A stretch of 64,000 bases of DNA, taken from the IMG/VR virus record IMGVR_UViG_3300027852_000040, positions 5,214 through 69,213 of that record; one strand, 5' to 3'. The translations under genes and the position numbers were made by a program. This document shows, piece by piece, positions 9,512 through 19,455 of this stretch (its first letter is position 1; every line of letters starts with the position of its first letter). This stretch comes from a virus. A model generated the notes under the pieces. The model ran no database searches. It was not told the DNA's origin and was given only the letters and a program-made list of their open reading frames with translations.

Positions 9512-10249
9512 ATGATTGATGAAGAGAATACATTTGAATTATTCGGATATTATTCATATGATTTGAAGTCGAAAAGTAATAAGAAGATAGTTTGTATATG
9601 CAATGGATGTGGAAAAGAGAGGGTATTAGATAAAAGTGGTTATAGTGATTTATGTAAGTCTTGCTCAAAGAAAGGTGAAAATCATCACATGTATGGGAAG
9701 CATCACTCTAAAGAAGCACGTGAAAAGATGAGTAAGGCTCGTGATGGAAAGCATCATTCCATTGAAACTAAAGAGAAGTTAAGTAAGGCAGTAAGTGGAG
9801 CGAAAAATCCAATGTATGGAAGGAAAGGAAAAGATAATCCAAATTTTGGATCACATCGTTCATTTGAAACACTAGAAAAAATGAGTAAAGCACTTAAGGG
9901 AAAATATTGTGGAGAAAATAGTTCATTTTTTGGTAAACATCATACTAACGAATTTAAGGAAAAATTGAGTAAGGATAGAAAGGGAAAAAATAATCCAAAT
10001 TACATAGATGGAAAATGTGAAGTAAGAGATAGCGCAAGACGAAGAAACTTCCCAAAGCCTAAATTCTACTTAGGTGATAACTATTGTAAAGAAGAAAAGA
10101 ATGTATTCGTCGCTCATCATCTTACTAAAGAAGTTATAATATACATTCCAGAATATATACATAGAAAGAATCGTCATAGACTTAAAAGTGTAAAAAGTGT
10201 GAAAGAAATAAACAATTTATCTTTGAAATTTTTACTAGAAGGATTTTAA
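9512..10249 (+). CDS. Zn-ribbon/NUMOD3/HNH-like protein (copy 2)
   Basis: MIDEENTFELFGYYS start, NUMOD3 repeats, LSLKFLLEGF end shared with other copies. Confidence 0.7.
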   Translation: MIDEENTFELFGYYSYDLKSKSNKKIVCICNGCGKERVLDKSGYSDLCKSCSKKGENHHMYGKHHSKEAREKMSKARDGKHHSIETKEKLSKAVSGAKNPMYGRKGKDNPNFGSHRSFETLEKMSKALKGKYCGENSSFFGKHHTNEFKEKLSKDRKGKNNPNYIDGKCEVRDSARRRNFPKPKFYLGDNYCKEEKNVFVAHHLTKEVIIYIPEYIHRKNRHRLKSVKSVKEINNLSLKFLLEGF

Positions 10250-10262
10250 ATAAAAGGAGTAA

Positions 10263-10502
10263 ATGGTACATATGTCAATAATAGAAAAATTTGAGTGGAA
10301 GCAATTAAATGGGGATACTTGGATAATTATATGCGATGAAAACGAAAAAACTTTAACGGTTTTAGATAAAGATACTAACGATATTATAAGTAAACACGAA
10401 GATTTATCTAAAGATGCGTTGAAGTTGTTGAAAGATAGTTTTCTCAATATAGTTAGTGATAATAAAACTGAAACAAACGACTACAATCCAATGTATGCTT
10501 AA
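10263..10502 (+). CDS. Hypothetical protein
   Basis: ORF with AAGGAG RBS, co-oriented. Confidence 0.6.
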   Translation: MVHMSIIEKFEWKQLNGDTWIIICDENEKTLTVLDKDTNDIISKHEDLSKDALKLLKDSFLNIVSDNKTETNDYNPMYA

Positions 10503-10516
10503 AGTGGTAAATAAAT

Positions 10517-11185
10517 ATGATACAAACATTTAGTGAATATTATTCTAGTAAATCTTCATATATATCAATATTAAACTATATATATGAAAATCATCATATA
10601 CTAACTTCTAAACGTGGACAAAAGTTTAAAGAATCTACTAGTCCAGTATACATCGAAATACTATCTCCAGACGTATGCATGAATACAAGAGACATGATTA
10701 ATTCAGTAGTATTAGAATATTTCCCCGTTAAATTTATAGAAGAATATGCCATTAATGTGGCAAGTTGTATAGAAGAACCTGGGGAATTTGATTATAGCTA
10801 TGGCGGTAGGTTGAATTTACCTAAGGGTTTACAGCATAACTGTAACCAATTAGAGGAGTGCATTAACAAATTATCCAGTCATCCTGATACACGACAGGCT
10901 ACTGTTATATTACGATTACCAGAAGACATTTTCATGTCTAATCCACCTTGCATGACAGTTATAGATTTTAAAATTCGGAACAATAAACTAAACTCATATA
11001 CATTCTTCAGATCAGAAGACATGTTATTCGGATTTCCTGCAAACTATTTAGAACTACTATACACAACACATAGAGTATCAAGTGAGATAGGAGTGGAGAT
11101 CGAATCGATCAATTTTCTAGTAACTTCCCCACACTATTATATTAGAAGTGAAGAATTGGTAAAATTGATAATAGGAGATATATAA
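10517..11185 (+). CDS. thyA: Thymidylate synthase (archaeal/methanogen-like ThyA family)
   Basis: YSYGGRL, DTRQA, catalytic PPC, RSEDMLFGFPAN (Asn indicates dUMP specificity). Confidence 0.85.
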   Translation: MIQTFSEYYSSKSSYISILNYIYENHHILTSKRGQKFKESTSPVYIEILSPDVCMNTRDMINSVVLEYFPVKFIEEYAINVASCIEEPGEFDYSYGGRLNLPKGLQHNCNQLEECINKLSSHPDTRQATVILRLPEDIFMSNPPCMTVIDFKIRNNKLNSYTFFRSEDMLFGFPANYLELLYTTHRVSSEIGVEIESINFLVTSPHYYIRSEELVKLIIGDI

Positions 11186-11908
11186 ATGAATGAAAGTTTA
11201 ACTAAATGGTGTTATATACTACCAGCATATAATATGAAAGAGTCCACAGAAATATCCGATTTTATATTAGCATTATACCATCTTACTATCACATACACCG
11301 ATTATAGAGAAACACTTAAATCCTATAATGGACTAAAAATGTTAGATAACTCATACTGGGAACTACAGAAAAATCCTAAATTAGAAGATTACATAGATAT
11401 GGCTAAATATTTAGACGTAGACGTAATATTTACTGAAGAAACCATGGATGGCGATATTGATAAGATAATCAGTAGTGCAACTGAAATGAGAGAGATAATG
11501 CCAGATGTTGATATAATGGGAATTGTTAAAGTTAATAAAGGTATAAGTTGTGCAATGGATATGGCGTCAGGATTAATCGATTGTGATGATATAAAGTATA
11601 TAGGAGTTTCCTATCATCCTGGGAAGTGGTTGATAGATGAATTTGGTGACAAGAAGTCAATAGTATTAGAAATAGGTAGGAGAATTAAACGTATAATTGA
11701 TAATAATAGTAAAGATAAGATATTATATTCAAATGGATTGGATCCAATTATAATAAATGATATAGGGCAATTTTATAAATTTAATGAAACTTTTCAATAT
11801 TGTGATACATCTTACTTTACTAGGAAAATTGTTGGTGATGTTGGTAATTTAAATTTTGATCGTAAAATGTCTAATTTAGAATTGGATACCATGAAATATT
11901 TGTTATAA
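11186..11908 (+). CDS. Divergent TGT/DpdA-like TIM-barrel protein
   Basis: MLDNSYWE and YCDTSY resemble the two catalytic Asp motifs of TGT/DpdA; YIGVS strand. Confidence 0.45.
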   Translation: MNESLTKWCYILPAYNMKESTEISDFILALYHLTITYTDYRETLKSYNGLKMLDNSYWELQKNPKLEDYIDMAKYLDVDVIFTEETMDGDIDKIISSATEMREIMPDVDIMGIVKVNKGISCAMDMASGLIDCDDIKYIGVSYHPGKWLIDEFGDKKSIVLEIGRRIKRIIDNNSKDKILYSNGLDPIIINDIGQFYKFNETFQYCDTSYFTRKIVGDVGNLNFDRKMSNLELDTMKYLL

Positions 11909-11990
11909 AGTTTAAAGAATAACGTATAACCTTAATAAACCAACGTATAGTCCACTTTATTTTTCATAATATAAATATACTACCACATAA

Positions 11991-12109
11991 CGATCTTGGA
12001 TTTCTGTAAATCACATGTTAATGAATTGATTTTGGAAAAACAATATATAGAGAAGTGATTTAAAATCAATATATAGAGAAGTGAATTTGGATAATCAATA
12101 TGTAATGAC
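11991..12109. repeat. 119-bp intergenic element, copy A (direct repeat of 44437-44555)
   Basis: Ungapped alignment by eye, about 12 mismatches; internal CAATATATAGAGAAGTGA x2 and GATTT-n-AAATC palindromes. Confidence 0.9.
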
Positions 12110-12174
12110 CATATAAATATTAAAACTTTTACATATAAACACATTATAATATTATCATATACACCACATACATA

Positions 12175-12189
12175 TCCTTGAAATATAAT
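12175..12189 (+). promoter_or_regulatory. Putative late promoter motif TCCTTGAAATATA upstream of portal
   Basis: Recurs upstream of several structural genes. Confidence 0.6.
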
Positions 12190-12221
12190 ATGAATATTGA
12201 TAAAATATAGTAAGTGTAAAA

Positions 12222-14390
12222 ATGTCGTTAAGAAGTAGGTTATCCAAACTAATTGTTTCCAGTCCTGATACCGTTACAGATGAAATTGGTGAGTTATCCG
12301 GGGAGGGAAATTTATCAACTTTACATCATCCAGTTTCATATGAATTTGCACGATTACTACACGACACATCTCCTATAATGAGAACTATTACATGGAACTT
12401 GAAGGAGAAGATGTTTAAGCGGGGAATAGAGGTTACACCATCATATGAATATAAGTGTGAGAATTGTGGAAAAGAGTATCAGGTGGATGTAGACGAGTGT
12501 GATTTGTGTAGTTCCACCAATCTTAAGAAATTTGATTCAATTAAATTTCAAGAAATAAGCAAATTATTATTAGATAGAAATGTCAATAAGCATGGAGAAA
12601 ACTTAGTAACAATATGTAAGAGATTAGAGGTTGACCTTGATATAGTAGATGAAGCATATTTATACACAAAGTTTGATTATATTATTGATGATGTAGGTAA
12701 TATAATACATAAAAAGTTGTCTAGCATCCACCGAATTCCACCATCTCATATTCATACATTGACACATATTGATCATAAGAAGAAATATAAAGTTTGCATT
12801 AAACATAGAGATACTTTATATGAGGGAAATGAAACTAAGTGTCCATTGTGTGGTAAAAAGTTATATCCATCATTATTCGCGTTTACTAAAACATCTATAC
12901 CAGTGGGTGGAATAACATCGATTACTAGGGGTGATACGTTTTTAATTGATGGAGAAATACACTTTTCTACTAAATATTCAGATGAAAAACATGGATTATC
13001 ACCAGTTGTTGCCGTGTGGAGAGATGTGTTAATCTTACAGTACATGAATCATTATATATACGATACATATAGATTAAAACGAACTCCTAGGGGTGTATTG
13101 GTTGTAAACACTGATAATGAGAGGTCATTTCACACTGCTTGGAAGAAGATTCAGGTAAAATTGAGAGAAGATCCATTATATGTACCAGCTATTACTGTTA
13201 GATCTGGTGATAGTAATAATCGTAAAAATTTAATGGAATTCGTTAAATTCATGGACTCAATTGATGAGATGAAGTTTCTGGAAATACGGGATGAGATTAG
13301 GCGGGAAATAGCATCCTTCTATGGTGTATCAAATGTTTTCTTAAATGATTATAAAGATGCCGGTGGGTTAAACGTTGAAACTACACAAATCTTAGTTACG
13401 GATTTAGCATTACAATCTTCACAGGGTGTGTTTAATGAAGTTATATTTAAATCTTTAATGTGTACACTTGGTTGTGATGATTTTAAACTTAGAATAAAAC
13501 CATCTGAAGTTGATACTGAATTATCAGAATTGAATTTAATAGCAAAGCGTGTAGATATAGCTGTGAGAATGGCACAGATGGGATATCCGTCACATTTGGT
13601 TGATACTAAGAGATTAATCTTTGACTTTGATAAAGAGCCACAGGATCCTAATCAGGGAATGATGGGTGGAATGCCGGGTATGGGAGCGATGCCGGGACAG
13701 GATCCAATGGAGGCTGGGAATACGTTTCCACCAGATGATATGGAAGAAGAAGATGTAAGTGAAGATGATATGAATGTAGTAAATAGTGATAGTGCTAATA
13801 TTGAACTACAAAAAGCTGATTATCAAACAATAACAGAAGAACTATTAGATGATATTACTTCTGGTAAAATTAATGTGGATAATGTTAGAGATGGATTAGA
13901 AGAAATGTTAACTAAGATATATGAAGGATCTAGGCCGATTAAAGATTTTCCTGGTATGGAATTGCCGTTAACTGATATTGATAAAAGGATTATTAGTGAG
14001 ATAATGGATAGCATACCTATACGAGAAGCGTCTTCAAATTTATCTTTATTATTAAGGATGTCTAAGGGTAAGGTTACTGATGAAATAAAGAATGCAACTA
14101 AACAGATAGTTAGAAACGAGAAACATAATATTGCCAATAAATCTTACGTAAATATCTATAAGCAAGTAGAAGAGAGGAGAGGGGAAAAGTTTAAATATAG
14201 ATGGGTTGGACCAAACGATAGTAGAAGTACTAAAAATTGTACTAATATTAAGAAAGAAGTTGGATTAGAGGGCGTAGAGATGGATAAATTGATTGAAATT
14301 GTTAGTAGGAATACTGATAAATCTTTACCATATAAAAGAGAACTTGAACCACATATTAGATGTAGACATAGGATAATAAGAGTAGTATAA
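12222..14390 (+). CDS. Portal protein with Zn-ribbon insertions and C-terminal MuF/SPP1 gp7-like domain
   Basis: GLSPV, TPRGVL, EIASFYGVS portal-like motifs; Gly/Met then acidic linker; KYRWVGPNDSRSTKNC...PHIRCRH MuF signature. Confidence 0.8.
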   Translation: MSLRSRLSKLIVSSPDTVTDEIGELSGEGNLSTLHHPVSYEFARLLHDTSPIMRTITWNLKEKMFKRGIEVTPSYEYKCENCGKEYQVDVDECDLCSSTNLKKFDSIKFQEISKLLLDRNVNKHGENLVTICKRLEVDLDIVDEAYLYTKFDYIIDDVGNIIHKKLSSIHRIPPSHIHTLTHIDHKKKYKVCIKHRDTLYEGNETKCPLCGKKLYPSLFAFTKTSIPVGGITSITRGDTFLIDGEIHFSTKYSDEKHGLSPVVAVWRDVLILQYMNHYIYDTYRLKRTPRGVLVVNTDNERSFHTAWKKIQVKLREDPLYVPAITVRSGDSNNRKNLMEFVKFMDSIDEMKFLEIRDEIRREIASFYGVSNVFLNDYKDAGGLNVETTQILVTDLALQSSQGVFNEVIFKSLMCTLGCDDFKLRIKPSEVDTELSELNLIAKRVDIAVRMAQMGYPSHLVDTKRLIFDFDKEPQDPNQGMMGGMPGMGAMPGQDPMEAGNTFPPDDMEEEDVSEDDMNVVNSDSANIELQKADYQTITEELLDDITSGKINVDNVRDGLEEMLTKIYEGSRPIKDFPGMELPLTDIDKRIISEIMDSIPIREASSNLSLLLRMSKGKVTDEIKNATKQIVRNEKHNIANKSYVNIYKQVEERRGEKFKYRWVGPNDSRSTKNCTNIKKEVGLEGVEMDKLIEIVSRNTDKSLPYKRELEPHIRCRHRIIRVV

Positions 14391-14395
14391 AGGAG

Positions 14396-14845
14396 ATGAT
14401 ATATATGTCAGAAGAAGAGATAAATGATAATACAAAAAATGAAAAAGACCCATTAGTGGAAGCTCTAGTGAATATGTTGAAAGATATAAAAGATGAAATT
14501 GTATCAATGAATAGGTCTTTTAATGAACTAAAAGAAGATATGAACAAAAAAGAGAAAAGTGAAGTGGAAGCTAATTCTAATGATTATAATCCTACACAAG
14601 ATGATATACCAGGAGAATATGACGTAGATCCAGAATTTAAAAAATCTTTGGATTTAAAGAAGTCACTAGATGATTCTGGATTCAGTTTAATAAAAAGTCC
14701 CAGTATACATGTAGATGAACAACTTAATTATGAACAAATATCTTCTGAAATTCCAAATATAATGGGCGATGTTATGAATGTAGTTAAAGATATAGACTGG
14801 AATGAATTCCACGGGTTTGCAAATAAATATAAAAAGACAAAGTAG
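14396..14845 (+). CDS. Putative scaffold/internal head protein
   Basis: Acidic coiled-coil, repeated xxKS sites, C-terminal WNEFHGFA similar to 17211 protein. Confidence 0.5.
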   Translation: MIYMSEEEINDNTKNEKDPLVEALVNMLKDIKDEIVSMNRSFNELKEDMNKKEKSEVEANSNDYNPTQDDIPGEYDVDPEFKKSLDLKKSLDDSGFSLIKSPSIHVDEQLNYEQISSEIPNIMGDVMNVVKDIDWNEFHGFANKYKKTK

Positions 14846-14847
14846 AT

Positions 14848-15550
14848 ATGATAGATGAAGATAAGACAGTTGAACGGTTTGGATATTATTCGTCGAATTT
14901 AAGTTTACATAGTAATAAGAAGATAGTTTGCATTTGCAATGATTGTGGAAAAGAGAGAGTGCTTTCTAAAAATGGTTATAGAGATCTTTGTCATTCTTGC
15001 TCAAAGAAAGGTGAAAATCATCATATGTTTGGTAAAACTCATATAATAGAAACTAAGAAAAAGATTAGTGAAACTCGTAAGGGAAAATGTTGTGGGGAAA
15101 ACAACCCAATGTTTGGTAAAACTCATTCATTAGATACAATTAAAGAAATGATTAAAGTTAAGAAAGGTGAAAATAATCCAATGTTTGGTAAACATCATTC
15201 AGTAGAAGTTAGAAGTAGAATAAGTGAATTAAATAAAGGTAAAACTCACTCAATAGAAACTAAATTAAAATTAAGTAAATCTAGAATTGGAAAAAAATAA
15301 TCCAAATTATATTGATGGAAGAGGAAAGGAAAGAGATGTAGCAAAAAGTGATGGTCGGCCAGTACCAGAACTCTTTTTAGGCAACAAATATAATGGTAAA
15401 ATAAAAATGGACGGACACCACTTTAATGAAAAAATTATAATATATATTCCAACGAGTTTACATCAAAAATATCGACACAATCTTAGAACTGGTAAAGGTA
15501 TGAAGGAGATAAATACTTTAGCATTTAAATTTCTAATAGGAAAACTTTAA
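14848..15550 (+). pseudogene. Zn-ribbon/NUMOD3/HNH-like gene (copy 3), split by +1 A in homopolymer
   Basis: GG-A7-TAATCCA at about 15289-15304 versus GG-A6-TAATCCA in copy 1; the two ORFs together give the full family architecture. Confidence 0.7.
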
Positions 15551-15597
15551 TAGAATTTAATACATTTACTATAAAATTATAACATATATATTCTATA

Positions 15598-15616
15598 TCC
15601 TTGAAATATATATTGA
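15598..15616 (+). promoter_or_regulatory. Putative late promoter TCCTTGAAATATATATTGA
   Basis: Upstream of prohead protease; recurring motif. Confidence 0.6.
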
Positions 15617-15689
15617 TATTTAGTAATCAATATGAGCTAAATTAACATATATACAGTATTAATTTAAAATCTACTAAGAGTAAAAATTA

Positions 15690-17162
15690 ATGAATATAAA
15701 AAAATCCTTTGATATAACTGGAAAAATCGAAACTTTAATTTGTGGAGAAGGAGACCTACCGACTGTTATAGGTGGTTACGCTTCATTGAATACGGTAGAT
15801 AAAGAGTCTCATATATTAACTTTAAATGCACTCAAAAACGCAACAGCTAAATTTTTATCAAATTCAAATTTTTGTAATCTTATGTATGAACATTCATCTA
15901 TTCAAATTGGCCAAATTGTACCAGAATATAATGTTAATGGTAAGACTTACACTACACATGTAGATGAAAAGGGATTATTTGTTGTAGGTATATTGAGAAC
16001 AGATTCAGATAAGGTAAATGAAGTTAGAAAACTTATTAAAAGTAAAGAATTAGGCGCCTTCTCTATTCGTGGTAAAGCTTCTAATGTTACTCCAATTATT
16101 GAAAACGGAATAGTATGTTTAAGTATCGATGAATTAGAATTACTAGAAGTAACAGCCTGTAAAAATGGAAAGCATCCTGATGCTGGATTTGAAGTATTGA
16201 AAGGTATTGATGTTAATGAAAATAATGATGACAATAAAAATTGGATGGTAGGTAGCATGGATATTTATAAAAACAATGAAACTAATGAAGTATATATAGA
16301 TGGTGATGAGAGTAATAGTAATGCGATTTTTATTAGAGATATAATTAAAACGTTAGATTTATCTAAAGGTAGTGAAGTTCATTTTAATGAGAGACTAAAA
16401 GATCTATTAAAATTAGAAGATAATGGATTAGAAAAGGTGGATATTAGTTTAAATAATGTTATAAAAAATAAAGATAGTGAATCGATTAATTCAATAACGG
16501 TAAAAGAATTAGTTAAATCAATATCTGATCAATTAATGGAAAACAGTGAACCAATAGACACCATAGACATAACAGATTTAACTAAATCAATATCCAATCA
16601 ATTAAAAGAAGATCTAAAAGATACATTATCAATAAAAGGAATAAATGATAAAGATGGGAAAGAAGGGAAAGAGGAAGTCAAAGGAGAAACTGAGGAAGAA
16701 GAGACGCAGGAAGGAGAAGCAGGACGGGACAATAAGATAAAGAAAATAGATTATGAGTTTGATGAAAAAGAGAAACAAGCTGCTAGAAAGTCAAATAAAC
16801 TAATAAAAGGCTGTTCAACTACTTTCGGTATAGCTAAAGGAAAAGTGTATATACATCAAGGTGAACAGGCACCGAAAGGGTCAAGTGTTGGTGTTGGTCC
16901 TAGAGGTGGAAAGTATTATGAGTCTACTGGTGATAAGAAAGATGGATTGAAATATGTTGACACTGGATCATTTAAGATGACTGGGTCGGCGCATGTCGAA
17001 CTTCCTAAAGTTGAGCGTGTTATTAATGATAATAAGGATAAAGATGAAAGTGAGATATTAAAAATTGTTAAGAAGTTTATTAATGAAAATTATACAGGTC
17101 ATTTACAAGATCAATTAATGGAAAATGTTAATAAATTAATTGATAAAAATATAAATGACTAA
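15690..17162 (+). CDS. Prohead protease (HK97-type) with long C-terminal extension
   Basis: IGGYAS, MYEHSSIQIG (His), GAFSIRG (Ser), LLEVT; between portal and MCP. Confidence 0.85.
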   Translation: MNIKKSFDITGKIETLICGEGDLPTVIGGYASLNTVDKESHILTLNALKNATAKFLSNSNFCNLMYEHSSIQIGQIVPEYNVNGKTYTTHVDEKGLFVVGILRTDSDKVNEVRKLIKSKELGAFSIRGKASNVTPIIENGIVCLSIDELELLEVTACKNGKHPDAGFEVLKGIDVNENNDDNKNWMVGSMDIYKNNETNEVYIDGDESNSNAIFIRDIIKTLDLSKGSEVHFNERLKDLLKLEDNGLEKVDISLNNVIKNKDSESINSITVKELVKSISDQLMENSEPIDTIDITDLTKSISNQLKEDLKDTLSIKGINDKDGKEGKEEVKGETEEEETQEGEAGRDNKIKKIDYEFDEKEKQAARKSNKLIKGCSTTFGIAKGKVYIHQGEQAPKGSSVGVGPRGGKYYESTGDKKDGLKYVDTGSFKMTGSAHVELPKVERVINDNKDKDESEILKIVKKFINENYTGHLQDQLMENVNKLIDKNIND

Positions 17163-17210
17163 TATACTAAATAAAAGATTACAATTGAAAAAACATTGGA
17201 GGCATAAAAA

Positions 17211-17606
17211 ATGAGTGAAGAAATGGGCGACGAATCAGTTGGAGAAATGACTACAGATGATTTAATAGCTAAAATTGCTGAAGCTGTGGGCGAAATATTG
17301 CGTACAGAATTGAGTGGATTTAAAAAGGCATTTGAAGGACCAACTGAAGGAGAAGAAAAGGTAGACGAAGAGATAGAGGAAGAGGAAGCAGAATCAAGGG
17401 AAGAACCAAAAGAGGAAGCGAAGGAAGAGGTTGATGAAGAAGTAGAAGATGAAGTGAAAAAGCAGGATGAGGAAGAACCAATACCTGAAGAGGAAGATGA
17501 GGAGTCTGATGAAAAATTAGATCTCAGTAAATCTGAAAATGGTGTTATGGATTTAATTAACAAATCTTGGCAGGATATACATTTCATGGCCAGAGGTGGC
17601 AAATAA
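17211..17606 (+). CDS. Scaffolding protein
   Basis: Highly acidic, directly upstream of MCP, LDLSKS site, C-terminal WQDIHFMA. Confidence 0.65.
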   Translation: MSEEMGDESVGEMTTDDLIAKIAEAVGEILRTELSGFKKAFEGPTEGEEKVDEEIEEEEAESREEPKEEAKEEVDEEVEDEVKKQDEEEPIPEEEDEESDEKLDLSKSENGVMDLINKSWQDIHFMARGGK

Positions 17607-17688
17607 GTATATACATGAATATGTGCATAAATACATATATACATAAATATACACATATATATAAAAATACATAAAAGGTGAATAACAT

Positions 17689-18822
17689 ATGACTAGACAA
17701 GTTATAAGAACAATGAAAGAAATGGAATTAGTGTATTATGGTACACCTGGTTCTATAGAAATTGCAAAATCAGATGATCCATATGGTACTGGTACTACAG
17801 GAATATATTCTATTCTATATGGAGCAAAGGTTTGGTCACAGTTGAATCAGGAAGCAAATATCTTTGCTGCATTACCAAAGATTCCTTGGGATCATTCTGG
17901 GTTCAGGGTGATGACTGCTAGACCTGGTGCCGTGGGTACTGGATTGGATGGTGGTGTTGCTGAGGATGGTACTTTGCCTGAAACTACAAAGGGAACATTT
18001 GCTGAAGTATACCAGAAACCAAAACTTGTTGCACATAATTTTGATGTGAATGAGATGATGATGGAACTTGCAGGTAAAGATGATACGATTGGTGATCCTT
18101 TAGCAGTAGGTAAAGAGGAAACTGGTAAACATCACATAGAGATGATGAATAGGATGTTACTTAGAGATGTAGATGATGTAGGTACAGCAAGTTCAACAGA
18201 TGCACAGGCTAGAGTAATTGAAAGTATTGATAGGGTAATATCTGGATATGCTGAGAAAGATATAGTATCAGATGAGTCTGATGTGGATATTTATAATTTA
18301 GATAGACACACTGCGGCTACAAACTATGATTCATATATAGATGAGAATGATGATGTAGATAGAGAGTTAACTTTAACAATGATAGATTCTGCGTTTACAG
18401 CAATGCAAGAAAGAGGTGGGACGCCGAAAATAATTGTAACAGGATACGATACTATAGCAAGAATACAGCAGTTAGCAAGATCAGAAAGACGTATAGTGTC
18501 AGAGAGAGCAGTTGTGCCAACATACAATGGAATAAAAGGACTACCTGGAATTGACGGTGGATTTGTTGTATCGTTCTGGAATGGTGTACCGATTATACCT
18601 TCAAAGGATGTTACTAAAGATACTCTATCAAGAATATACTTCATAGACACAGATTATCTGAAAATTAAAGTACTCAAACCAACGCAATACTTCGAAGCAG
18701 GAATTAAAACAGGAAACCCATTCGCGATCAATAAGTTCGCACAGGAAGGAATGTATAGAACAATGGCTGAATTAATTTGTACTTTCCCACGGGCACAGGC
18801 GAAGATACGAGATCTGCAGTGA
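17689..18822 (+). CDS. Major capsid protein (HK97 fold)
   Basis: Size and position; YGAKVWSQLNQEANIFAALPKIPWDHSGFRV resembles (from recall) archaeal tailed-virus MCPs; FWNGVPII. Confidence 0.85.
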   Translation: MTRQVIRTMKEMELVYYGTPGSIEIAKSDDPYGTGTTGIYSILYGAKVWSQLNQEANIFAALPKIPWDHSGFRVMTARPGAVGTGLDGGVAEDGTLPETTKGTFAEVYQKPKLVAHNFDVNEMMMELAGKDDTIGDPLAVGKEETGKHHIEMMNRMLLRDVDDVGTASSTDAQARVIESIDRVISGYAEKDIVSDESDVDIYNLDRHTAATNYDSYIDENDDVDRELTLTMIDSAFTAMQERGGTPKIIVTGYDTIARIQQLARSERRIVSERAVVPTYNGIKGLPGIDGGFVVSFWNGVPIIPSKDVTKDTLSRIYFIDTDYLKIKVLKPTQYFEAGIKTGNPFAINKFAQEGMYRTMAELICTFPRAQAKIRDLQ

Positions 18823-18823
18823 A

Positions 18824-19126
18824 ATGGTAGAAGTAACTGTAACGTATTTAGGACAATCACATTGTATTAATCCTGGTTGTCTTAAATCAGATTTTTTATT
18901 TTTTAAAAATCGATCAATTAAGTGTGATCTTAGTATAGAAGATTTAACGGTATTATGTAAACATCCTAACTTTAATGTTGAAGATATTGATATTAAATAT
19001 GAGGATGATAGAAAGTATATCGTGACACAGCATGAAGTCATAACTGTTAAAGTGAATAATAATACGTTAATAGTAGACAATGTGCCAGTATATTTGAAAT
19101 TCATAAAAGAAAAGGAGAGTGAATAA
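18824..19126 (+). CDS. Hypothetical protein after MCP
   Basis: Tightly coupled ORF. Confidence 0.55.
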   Translation: MVEVTVTYLGQSHCINPGCLKSDFLFFKNRSIKCDLSIEDLTVLCKHPNFNVEDIDIKYEDDRKYIVTQHEVITVKVNNNTLIVDNVPVYLKFIKEKESE

Positions 19127-19128
19127 TA

Positions 19129-19455
19129 ATGACTTTAACGTTTAGTTCTAGAATGCTTACCAGAGATAAGGGAGATTCATGTCCATACTTCCGGGGAAGG
19201 AGTGATGCTTTATTTCCAACAGTTGTAACAGGTAGCGGATCTTTTACAACCACTTCAACTGAAGACTCGATAACTGTTTCTCCGTTGGATTCCGTACACT
19301 CGGTAATCTGTACGCCGCAAACTAAAGGGAATGCGAATGATAGACTTTCTTGTGATCCGAAGGTGACAGGAAGTACTCTAACAGTTAGAAGAGCAGCGTC
19401 AGGGACATCTGGATTAGTATACAGCTTTATAGCAGTTGGACAAATAAGTACTTAA
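19129..19455 (+). CDS. Putative capsid decoration/minor structural protein
   Basis: Ser/Thr-rich beta protein ending YSFIAVG, GGAG RBS. Confidence 0.45.
   Translation: MTLTFSSRMLTRDKGDSCPYFRGRSDALFPTVVTGSGSFTTTSTEDSITVSPLDSVHSVICTPQTKGNANDRLSCDPKVTGSTLTVRRAASGTSGLVYSFIAVGQIST

Noticed and set aside
12041-12084. Tandem CAATATATAGAGAAGTGA units as a mini-CRISPR
   Set aside because: 26-bp period with no unique 30-40 bp spacers; no cas operon (solo Cas4-like genes are common in viruses)
17607-17675. ATAC/ATAT-rich stretch before MCP
   Set aside because: Low complexity in an AT-rich genome; no clear unit or structure
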